Assembly: GCA_000934665.2 (NCBI GenBank)
Contig: JYFJ02001724.1
Span: forward strand, 53,211 to 73,210
Length of the DNA stretch: 20,000 nt
From: Catajapyx aquilonaris
Lineage: Eukaryota
Direction: 5' to 3'
Shown: in pieces, positions 12,890 to 20,000 of the stretch
Position numbering within the stretch: position 1 is the stretch's first letter
Layout: each line of letters opens with the position of its first letter
The notes under the pieces: generated by a model
Told to the model about the DNA's origin: nothing
What the model saw: the letters and a program-made list of their open reading frames with translations, nothing else
Databases searched by the model: none
Made by a program: the position numbers and the translations under genes

Positions 12890-13014
12890 GGGCCAGTTTC
12901 ACCGAGCTCAGTATATGATAAAACCAGGGTATTTCTAAAAATCCCTGTCTATTTGTATGGATTTTCCTAAAGAAACCTGGTTTTATCATATACCAAGCTC
13001 GGTGAAACCGGCCC
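12890..13014. mobile_element. 125-bp MITE, PIF/Harbinger-like termini
   Basis: 39-bp terminal inverted repeats GGGCC(A/G)GTTTCACCGAGCT(CA/TG)GTATATGATAAAACCAGG with 3 mismatches. The target-site duplication is not clean, so the superfamily is tentative. Confidence 0.8.
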
Positions 13015-13173
13015 ATAGTCTGTCGTACAAGAGGATTCTGGCACGAGAAACATTTACATGGATACCCAGCTTTATTTTCAGTCACTTTAGCTTCTACTGA
13101 TTCTGGAGTACAGACTACAGAGTCTCTGCTAGCCACATTTTTCCTACATCTAAGGTGCTAAACCAGCAATATA

Positions 13174-13384
13174 CAGGGTGACTCAACTTTTTTGTCAGAA
13201 CAATTATCAGAAATATTGCACTAAGCTGCTTATTTTTTTAGCAGTGACTTGCAACCAGTGATGTTTCCCTGGCTTTATCAGTTGAGGGATGTGCCAGGAA
13301 TGTTGGGGCATATTCTGGCTACATAGCTAGAAGATACATAGGTTTTTCCGATAACTGTTAGGACAAAAAAGTTGAGACACCCTG
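13174..13384. mobile_element. 211-bp Tc1/mariner-type MITE
   Basis: TA|CAGGGTGACTCAACTTTTTTGTC...GACAAAAAAGTTGAGACACCCTG|TA: 23-bp TIR with 1 mismatch, extending imperfectly to about 40 bp, TA TSD and CAGGGTG terminus. Confidence 0.9.
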
Positions 13385-13669
13385 TATTATTACTTGTACA
13401 CAAAAACATCATTATACACATGAGACCATGATTAATTTCAGGTCATTTCATATGGTAATGGCACAGAACTTGCAGGGCACTAACATCACTGGGCTTTAAT
13501 CATAAGTGGCATTGTTGAAAGTAATAGAGAGTAGTGGGTACAGTTGCTTCATGTGGCAAAGACACTACACTGGGCTCTTCTGCATGTGACATACACATTG
13601 CGAGTTCTCGACTCGTACAACCACATGCTACTAAAATAGACCTGATTATGTTGTAAACAGGGTCCATTA

Positions 13670-13932
13670 GCCTATTGTCACAGGGGGCCACCAAGGCAGC
13701 ACCACCAGGTCTTTGTATCCCTGCAAGTGGAGCCTTTCACACGTGGTGGTTGGCAGCGCTGCCCACGCGCCGCCAGAAATGCTGGTGGCAGGCAGGGCGA
13801 TTTTTGGCACTACCACGTGTTTGCATTGAATCATATGAAGTCTTTCACACGAGATGCGACTTTTCTTGCGGCCAGCAGTGCCGCCTAATTTATGCGGCGG
13901 AGCTACCATGGTGGCCTCGTGTGAAAATAGCC
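13670..13932. mobile_element. 263-bp PIF/Harbinger (Tourist-like) MITE
   Basis: TTA|GCCTATTGTCACAGGGGGCCACCAAGGCAGC...GCTACCATGGTGGCCTCGTGTGAAAATAGCC|TTA: degenerate TIR of about 37 bp (8 mismatches), TTA TSD on both sides, GC-rich interior in AT-rich flanks. Confidence 0.8.
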
Positions 13933-14438
13933 TTATAGATAGGTTACACTGTTAACAGATTGTCATCAATTATGGGAACCTCTCAACTTTTAAATTTGTA
14001 ATTGCATAGTGCAGATTGAACTGTGCACTCTGTAGCAGGCCCTACTTTGTCATATGCTAGCTTGTATTACAGGTTCTAAATGTAAGGATGGATACATTTG
14101 TGACACTGAGGAATGCATCTCCTATGATAATGCTCAGTAATTAGTGCAATTTTCAGGGCATAATGGCCTATTCTCATGTGCACTACATAGCAAGTAACCT
14201 TTATGCCTGCGTCCAAGCCTATTACTTGCATTCCAGAGCCATTACTTCAGGACATTTCAGTAAAAACCACCGCATTACAAGACACAAATAGTCACAAGAA
14301 CAGTCTGAACTCACCTACCCACAAGTAAGTTAATAGGCTATAACGCAGAAGTGCTGAGGGCTTTCTGTACGTTGAATTAATTAATTAATGACACAAATGC
14401 AACATAATAAGTAGGTTCGAAACTGTCCTGTACAGTAC

Positions 14439-14444
14439 TTTATT
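14439..14444 (-). terminator. Putative polyadenylation signal of IF1
   Basis: tttatt on + (AATAAA on -) about 180 nt downstream of the IF1 stop codon. Confidence 0.65.
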
Positions 14445-14621
14445 GCAAAGCAATAACCACACGGCATACAGTGAGCTAATATGAGATTTGCTACTATACA
14501 TGAACCAAATAACTGCTAATCAGAATTCAAGTAACATCAAAATAACAAGTAAACCAGCCTATGGCCACTTTGCTCTCCATGGCCCATACTTCACTTAACC
14601 CAAGATTCCAAGGTTCTCGTT

Positions 14622-14771
14622 TTACTTCTCAATTTTCTGAATCCTCTCCTTATAACGCTTAATGGACTCCTTATGGTGCTTGATGGCGTCCTCATGGCGG
14701 TCAATCTCTGCCTCATGTTCCTCAATCTCAGACTTCATATGGTTGTGGAGTGTCTTCAACTGCTCCCTTTG
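14622..14771 (-). CDS. ATP5IF1: IF1 coding exon 3 (His-rich coiled coil, stop)
   Basis: Follows a 77-bp intron (14772-14848, acceptor tctgcatttctgtttctAG), phase 0: QREQLKTLHNHMKSEIEEHEAEIDRHEDAIKHHKESIKRYKERIQKIEK*. Spliced product is 117 aa. Confidence 0.97.
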   Translation of the reverse strand, partial: QREQLKTLHNHMKSEIEEHEAEIDRHEDAIKHHKESIKRYKERIQKIEK

Positions 14772-14848
14772 CTAGAAACAGAAATGCAGAAAATCTCACT
14801 GGTTCAATATTTTGCAACCAGATATCACTGTCCCCCCATGTCGCTTAC

Positions 14849-14987
14849 CAACTTGTGGAAGTACTCCTCTTCTCGACCAGCTTCAATCTTGCCAAACGCT
14901 CCTCCTGCTTCACGGATGCTTCCTCCACCACCACCACCCTTCCCTGCACCACCTCCCAGATCCCCCATTTGCGAAGAACTTGAGTAG
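14849..14987 (-). CDS. ATP5IF1: IF1 coding exon 2 (inhibitory region)
   Basis: Acceptor ttattaatgtcttaccaacAG|C and donor TTG|GTAAGC. Translates (S)[46 protein letters not shown], containing the IF1 signature [13 protein letters not shown]...EE.YF. Confidence 0.97.
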
Positions 14988-15948
14988 CTGTTGGTAAGAC
15001 ATTAATAAATAATTTTCACAACACATCTATTCTTACAGAGAAAATGCATGTAGTGTCGCAAGCACCAGATTGACACATTATAATTATATCATCAATAAAT
15101 ATTACCAGTGAAATCACCTGGCTGTAACTTTAGCAATAAATACACCAGAAAGCATGCATCAGAGGGGCATAGGAACGTTGGTTTTGAAGTCACTATGGAA
15201 AGTAACTGGCAACATCAACAATGAAACTAGCAATCAGAGGCTCCTGAAGTCACAGTCCAAGTCCACTGAAGGGACCAAGTAAGGCCTGAGATGTCTCATC
15301 ATTAGCTCTTGGTCTCATGAATATTTGCTAAAAAGTCAGAACAGAGCAGGCAGAAGTGTGGGCTACAGTGGAGCTACAGCAAACTCCAACAGTCTCTAAA
15401 CAGCATTCATGAGCAGCTCCCTCTAATTCAGGCTCTGATCATGAGAATTTTAGGCCTTTCATATAACTACGAATAGCACTTTAATTCTACAACCCTTGAG
15501 TGAGCGCATTGCCTGTGCCACAATGTCAGAAAAGATCAATTGAATTTTTGGTCTCGCTTGTGCCACAGCAAGGCCTAATGCTCTTGCATTAGTCTCAATG
15601 CTCAAATTCTCTGCACTTGAGGGTACTGCGTGCATGATGCGAATGAGAAGAGATAAATGCGGCAAGACAAGCTGCCTAAACAGTAGACAGGTACAACTGC
15701 TGGCCCCAACAGCTCCTAATCAAACCCGAAGGGCAAGAAACGGCCCCTTGGCCTCCTGTCCGCATTGACGCCAGGTAATACATATTCGAATACATTTCTG
15801 CCTTCCGTCCGTCCGACCAGCAAGCCCCTGAACAGAACACCCAGAAACGCAGAGCAGGGTAGTTGATCCGCGCCCTGCCACCCCAACCTAAATCCCTGGC
15901 CCACCCGGCAGGACAACGAGAGGGCAGAACGGCGACCTGACAGTTTAC

Positions 15949-16013
15949 CTCATCGCAGGGAGGCTCCTGAAGAAGCGCAGGTTGGGCGAAATGCGCCTGA
16001 GACTTGCGGCCAT
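15949..16013 (-). CDS. ATP5IF1: ATP synthase inhibitory factor IF1, coding exon 1 (mitochondrial presequence)
   Basis: ATG at 16013-16011 gives MAASLRRISPNLRFFRSLPAM plus AG. It is Arg/Ser/Leu-rich with no acidic residues, typical of a mitochondrial targeting peptide. It ends at donor AG|GTAAAC (phase 2), matching the phase of exon 2. Confidence 0.9.
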
Positions 16014-16514
16014 GTTTAGAAGTGAGGAGTGAGGAGGGGGGGGGAGGCCGGGAGAGAGGAAGGCCGGGTAGAGGGAAGGAGACTTGACCGGGGGGAGGAG
16101 GAGGGGAAGGCAAGGGGCACCTTCATGTGATGCACTCATGCCAGGTGATGAGGTGATACACTCATGAGATTGCCAATCAAGTGCATGCAATCTTCTTAGA
16201 TATGTCATTGACACTTGAAAGAAGCCTACCACATTATGGGATTGTTAATTTTTTAATTGCCAGTGACTATTTCGTCGTTCAGGGTCGTGAGAAAGCGGGG
16301 GTTTTGTAATTAGCATTTATATGGACTGAATGCCAGATTTAAGATTACCACTGGGTTATTACTGCTGGCTCTCATCACTTTATAGCATGCTTACCATGGT
16401 GCTATATTTCCAGAGGTGATAAACTCATTACCACATGAAACGACAAAATAGGCAGTACCGTACGTATGTGTCATGTAAAGGTAACAGTTGACCTGATGCT
16501 TGATCTTCCTACAG
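16014..16514. promoter_or_regulatory. Shared divergent promoter/leader region between IF1 (-) and the TRC8_N-like gene (+)
   Basis: The two start codons are about 715 bp apart and point away from each other. Contains a G/A-rich tract (16021-16118), CCAAT (16173-16177) and a 14-bp direct repeat GTGATRCACTCATG (16127-16140, 16153-16166). Confidence 0.6.
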
Positions 16515-16621
16515 GGGATACTGGGATCTCAGGTGAATAAGTGTGCCCAGACCTTTTGGATACATCCCAACATGTCAATAAAGATGCAACATATGACTGG
16601 AAAAGTTCCTCATTGTTTTGT
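16515..16621 (+). other. Candidate upstream (5' UTR or N-terminal extension) exon of the TRC8_N-like gene
   Basis: Good acceptor tgatcttcctacAG ending at 16514 and donor GTGAGT at 16622. The resulting 106-bp intron ends exactly before the ATG at 16728. Confidence 0.45.
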
Positions 16622-16727
16622 GTGAGTTTGTAATTCCTAGGCAACAGAAAACTAGACATGAAGTGAAATTTCATCCCATTATTATTGCACTGACACTCAA
16701 AATTCATGGCTCTTTTACACCTTTAAG

Positions 16728-16884
16728 ATGGAAACAATCAAATCTTTAGTATATGAAGCTCTCGCTTTGGCAAAATCTCACCTGTCAAGACGAATCACTC
16801 TACTTGTAGCATTGAGCACAATCATAACTGGAAGTGGTCTCCCACAAGCATCTAATGTTGTAGCCGGGATGTATTATACTTTGT
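16728..16884 (+). CDS. Polytopic membrane protein, TRC8_N-like (RNF139/RNF145 membrane domain), coding exon A
   Basis: Acceptor tcttttacacctttaAG directly precedes ATG. Open frame METIKSLVYEALALAKSHLSRRITLLVALSTIITGSGLPQASNVVAGMYYTL plus T, then a strong donor T|GTAAGT (phase 1) and a 65-bp intron (16885-16949). Confidence 0.75.
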
Positions 16885-16949
16885 GTAAGTAATAAGACAA
16901 CAAATTCATGTGTACTTCTACAATAAATGTCATGTTCATGGTTCATCAG

Positions 16950-17215
16950 TTATAGCAACATCCCTTCTCGTAAGTGAATCTAATGTCCCATCCATTCACC
17001 ATTCCCTGCTCGTCCTGTACACTTCCCATCGAGTTCACCAACATATCTTCACCAACATACTGGGTGCCCATCTATCGATTCCAATTGTAGAGGCTGCACT
17101 GGTTGACTTACAGCTATCAGAACGTATTCTTGAAAATGCTAGAAAATTTCCACACAACTGGACTAGAAAACCCTCTCAGTTGATCCGAGCATTATTGTAC
17201 ATAACACTTGTGCAG
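16950..17215 (+). CDS. TRC8_N-like membrane protein, coding exon B
   Basis: Acceptor gttcatcAG|TT (phase 1, fits exon A). Same frame as ORF 16910..17233: (F)IATSLLVSESN...RKPSQLIRALLYITLVQ. Donor CAG|GTCTGT (phase 0), then a 70-bp intron (17216-17285). Confidence 0.8.
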
Positions 17216-17285
17216 GTCTGTATAGTTCATTAGTAAAATACAATGAAGCATCACAGCATCATTTTGTAATTTACTGGTTCTCCAG

Positions 17286-18335
17286 GTTCCACTGGGTCAT
17301 CTATTTGTGGAAGAAAGGCTCCGAGACCAATCATCATTGATATCAAACCTACTGATGACATCATTCCTGCTCCCTAGCATTACAGCCTTCCATCATCATT
17401 ACTCTGGCAGGGTGTCTGAAGCAGGACTCATCTTTCCACTGATCATCTTCCTCAAAGATGCATCCCAGCATCTCTCTACTACCCCACACCAAAACCTCCT
17501 GAACAGAGGAACTCGCAGCTTGCAATCCCTCTGGTTAGCCCACCTTGGGGAAGTGGCTGGAGAGACATTCACCAAAGATAAAACACAGTATTCGCCTCTA
17601 GAACTAGCATTCAGAATCCTGGCGAAGAACTTGGCCAGTATGCCCTGGATCATCACAACAGGAATAACGCTGGGACACCTGAGCTACTGTTTGCTGAGGC
17701 AACTTGAGAAGATACAGCTTATGATACCCAATGTATGTTCTGTAACACTACCATGTATCATGTGTGTGCAAGTTATAATAAGTGGTACCACCAGCATGAA
17801 CAGAGATCAACAGATAATGATGCTGAAAAACACTGTGTCATTATCTGGACTAAACCTGGCCAATTTCCTTCTTACCTCAGTACATAAATTTCCCCGATCA
17901 AAATTAAATTCCAAGACCATCATCAGTAATTTATCAACAGTAACCGCATCATTTGTAATTGCAACTATTCACATAATTAGTCCTTTGTGTAACAACCCTT
18001 TGCTGACTGTAATCACCATAGATCTGATTATAAAGTTGGTGATGGCAATCCTTGAGATGTCAGCATTTGTAATAATTTTAGGATCCCTCAATACTAAATT
18101 CACTCCTTTAGCTACCTTCAAAAACCATCTAAAAGTTATTCATATACTGAGAGACACTATTGCTCTTGCAGCTAGCATTTACTTGAGTAGCTTTTGCATC
18201 AAAATAAACTGGAAATGTGCAAGTGGTATAATATCTCTGTTAAGTCTGGTCCAGTATCTGCTTTCTGACTTGCCTCACACAACTAGAAAATTAAGCCAGC
18301 TCTATTTAAAATATTGCACTAGAACTCATGACTAA
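17286..18335 (+). CDS. TRC8_N-like membrane protein, terminal coding exon C
   Basis: Acceptor tttactggttctccAG|GTT is in frame with the 342-aa ORF 17307..18335. 1050 nt open in AT-rich DNA while the in-register antisense frame has many stops. Many hydrophobic segments. AATAAA lies 11 nt after the stop. Spliced product of exons A-C is about 490 aa. Confidence 0.85.
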   Translation, partial: VPLGHLFVEERLRDQSSLISNLLMTSFLLPSITAFHHHYSGRVSEAGLIFPLIIFLKDASQHLSTTPHQNLLNRGTRSLQSLWLAHLGEVAGETFTKDKTQYSPLELAFRILAKNLASMPWIITTGITLGHLSYCLLRQLEKIQLMIPNVCSVTLPCIMCVQVIISGTTSMNRDQQIMMLKNTVSLSGLNLANFLLTSVHKFPRSKLNSKTIISNLSTVTASFVIATIHIISPLCNNPLLTVITIDLIIKLVMAILEMSAFVIILGSLNTKFTPLATFKNHLKVIHILRDTIALAASIYLSSFCIKINWKCASGIISLLSLVQYLLSDLPHTTRKLSQLYLKYCTRTHD

Positions 18336-18346
18336 GCAATGATCCC

Positions 18347-18352
18347 AATAAA
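18347..18352 (+). terminator. Putative polyadenylation signal of the TRC8_N-like gene
   Basis: AATAAA just downstream of the TAA at 18333-18335. Confidence 0.65.
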
Positions 18353-18443
18353 TGTACGGTACATTCTATTCTTGCACTTACTTACCCTAAACATTTTCAA
18401 GGAATGACTTAAATACAAGGGCAACTTACACTGAACACTGCTC

Positions 18444-18449
18444 TTTATT
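18444..18449 (-). terminator. Putative polyadenylation signal of the convergent minus-strand gene
   Basis: tttatt on + (AATAAA on -) about 330 nt downstream of the proposed stop. Confidence 0.5.
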
Positions 18450-18776
18450 TTCACTACGGTATCACTTACGTTGTAACACAACACCTTAAAACATGTGCAT
18501 ACTCAATATTTTTCATTCTAAATATACACCAGGCTTTGTACAATGGAATGTATACTTTTGAGACTTGCGGAACTTGTGCTGTCACTAAAATTTAATACTG
18601 CCACAACTCATTTTGACAAGTACATAACCCAGGCACCACATTAACAAGGAAAAACACCCCACTTTAGTAAAAGGAGATGATAAAACAGTCATGGCAGTTC
18701 CACCCATCCAATCGCCCAATGCGTGACTGATACCTTCTGACTAAGTACTGTATGTAAAATACAGGAAAATCCAGCT

Positions 18777-18855
18777 TTAGGACTTGACTGCAACTCCAGT
18801 CTTGCCACCTTGTGTAGGGGTCTGCTCCTTCTCCAGCTGCTTGCCTAGGTATTCC
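18777..18855 (-). CDS. Probable last coding exon of an unidentified convergent gene (upstream exons beyond the window)
   Basis: Strong acceptor tgatgattatctttccgcAG. Phase-2 reading gives EYLGKQLEKEQTPTQGGKTGVAVKS* with coding-like codons (CAG CTG GAG AAG GAG CAG ACC). The phase-0 frame is also open (to 18664), so the frame is not certain. Confidence 0.55.
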
Positions 18856-19206
18856 CTGCGGAAAGATAATCATCACATTTAGTTTCATTTGTCTGATTGA
18901 GTTATAGTGCATTATTTTTAGATTTCAAATGGTTCATTTTTCATTCTTGAAGGAAGTGTTTGGTTGAACTACCAGAAAAACTGAGAAACTATTCTCTTAG
19001 TACAATAGGAGTCAATGCATTTCAAAGGGCGCACCAAGAAAACAATTGTCTTCATAATCCACACAAACACTTTTTGACACACCAGTTGCAGTGTCTGATA
19101 GTACCCTTTGGAAAAACTCCAGGGGTCTTGCTCAAGACTGAGAAACAGCCTCCTACTGGCAGTGTCTTGCAAGCAGAGCCGTATTTCCCATTAGGCACAA
19201 GATCAG

Positions 19207-19400
19207 TGGGGCTTAACGTCGGCCTATTTCTGCCGCAAGGCTCAACACCGACACCAGGGGGTGGTCCTCCTGGAAATTTGGCCACTCTGGGGATCTTTAA
19301 CGTGCACTCGCGCAATGTCACAAGCAAACGGGACCAACGGCTTTACTTCCCCTCCGAAGGAAGGTGCATTCTCACTTTTCTACCACCCGGAGAAAAGTCA
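19207..19400 (-). mobile_element. 5'-truncated SINE fragment, Ruka-like core
   Basis: + strand TGGGGCTTAACGTC...CTCCTGGAAATTTGGCCACTCTGGGGATCTTTAACGTGCAC resembles, from memory, the antisense of tick Ruka SINEs. CGGGACCAACGGCTTTACTTCCCCTCCGAAGGAAGG resembles a core recalled from other arthropod SINEs. No tRNA-like A/B box head is visible at the right end. Confidence 0.65.
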
Positions 19401-19625
19401 GAGCTTTCAAATGTATATCACAATTTCCTAATGCTGTACATGCAATACAGGAAGAAAGAAAAATTTACTTTCCCTACTTACGGGGGTACTACAGCCAAAA
19501 TCAAGGGTTTTGTGAAAAACCGCAAAAAAAAAACCATTAGAGACAAGAAGTTGGGACTTACACGCTTGTAATAAGTGGCTGACACACCCTCTTTACAAAA
19601 TTATTGCACCCTTGGAAGATGTATA

Positions 19626-20000
19626 CAGGGTGCTCAAAAACTCGCGGAAAGTCGCCAGGTAGCCTGATAGGACTCGCAAAACTAATATAGGGATGTGGAA
19701 GTAGTTTTGGGCTAACTTGCATAGTTTTTGCGTACGACGCCTTCAAGATTTCGGCAATTTCATGACGTCACTTCCGCCTTGAGGCCCCATTGCGTCATCA
19801 TTACATGTTGTTGTGGCTGTTGCCATTGGCACTGATTATTGGTGCGAATATTGTCGACTGTGATTGCTGAGAAATAAACAACGATTTCAGCTTGTATCTG
19901 TGGCCAGTCGACAATTGCCAGACTGAAATCTTTGTTCATTTCTCAACAATCACAGTTGACAATATTCGCAACAATAATCAGTGCCAATGGCAACAGCCAC
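19626..20000. mobile_element. Foldback element / long-TIR MITE, truncated by the window edge
   Basis: Inverted arms 19813-19890 and 19923-20000 (78 bp, 5 mismatches, 32-nt spacer) are still pairing at the window end. A TA|CAGGGTG Tc1/mariner-type terminus at 19624-19632 is the likely left end. Confidence 0.75.

Noticed and set aside
14673..14997. Plus-strand ORFs of 104, 77 and 61 aa (poly-Pro/Thr/His)
   Set aside because: Antisense shadows of IF1 exons 2-3; the low-complexity runs mirror the Gly-rich GGT repeats.
15459..15675. Possible alternative IF1 exon (acceptor ctactgtttAG, in frame with exon 1)
   Set aside because: Frame match has a 1-in-3 chance, the peptide has no recognisable features, and there is no supporting donor or nearby poly(A) signal.
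17307..18335. Idea that the 342-aa ORF is the antisense shadow of a minus-strand gene or a TGA-recoded selenoprotein
   Set aside because: The in-register minus frame contains TAA and TAG as well as TGA stops, whereas the plus frame has matching splice sites and a poly(A) signal.
18960..19571. 203-aa plus-strand ORF, considered as a possible missing RING exon of the TRC8-like gene
   Set aside because: Starts at TTG, has no RING Cys/His spacing, runs through a SINE fragment, and lies beyond the poly(A) signal inside the convergent gene's intron.
1..20000. Prokaryotic or viral systems (CRISPR array, operons, transposase or reverse transcriptase ORFs)
   Set aside because: No regularly spaced repeats and no long ORF with such motifs; spliceosomal introns show the DNA is eukaryotic.

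Overview
Eukaryotic genomic DNA, probably arthropod and possibly chelicerate (from a Ruka-like SINE fragment), with short 65-106 bp introns and three small N gaps at G/C runs. From left to right: (i) about 11.7 kb with no convincing coding exon, most simply the first intron of a minus-strand gene whose first coding exon (11706-11771) encodes a signal peptide; (ii) that gene's GC-rich leader/promoter, a CTCF-like site and a cluster of three unrelated MITEs; (iii) a complete 3-exon minus-strand gene for the mitochondrial ATP synthase inhibitor IF1 (117 aa), missed by the ORF track because it is spliced; (iv) head-to-head with IF1, a spliced plus-strand gene for a ~490-aa polytopic membrane protein that resembles the TRC8/RNF139/RNF145 membrane domain by eye but has no RING-H2 finger (the most unusual item); (v) the last exon of a convergent minus-strand gene, whose intron holds a SINE fragment and a long foldback element running off the window. 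All homology calls are by-eye comparisons with remembered sequences; no searches were run.
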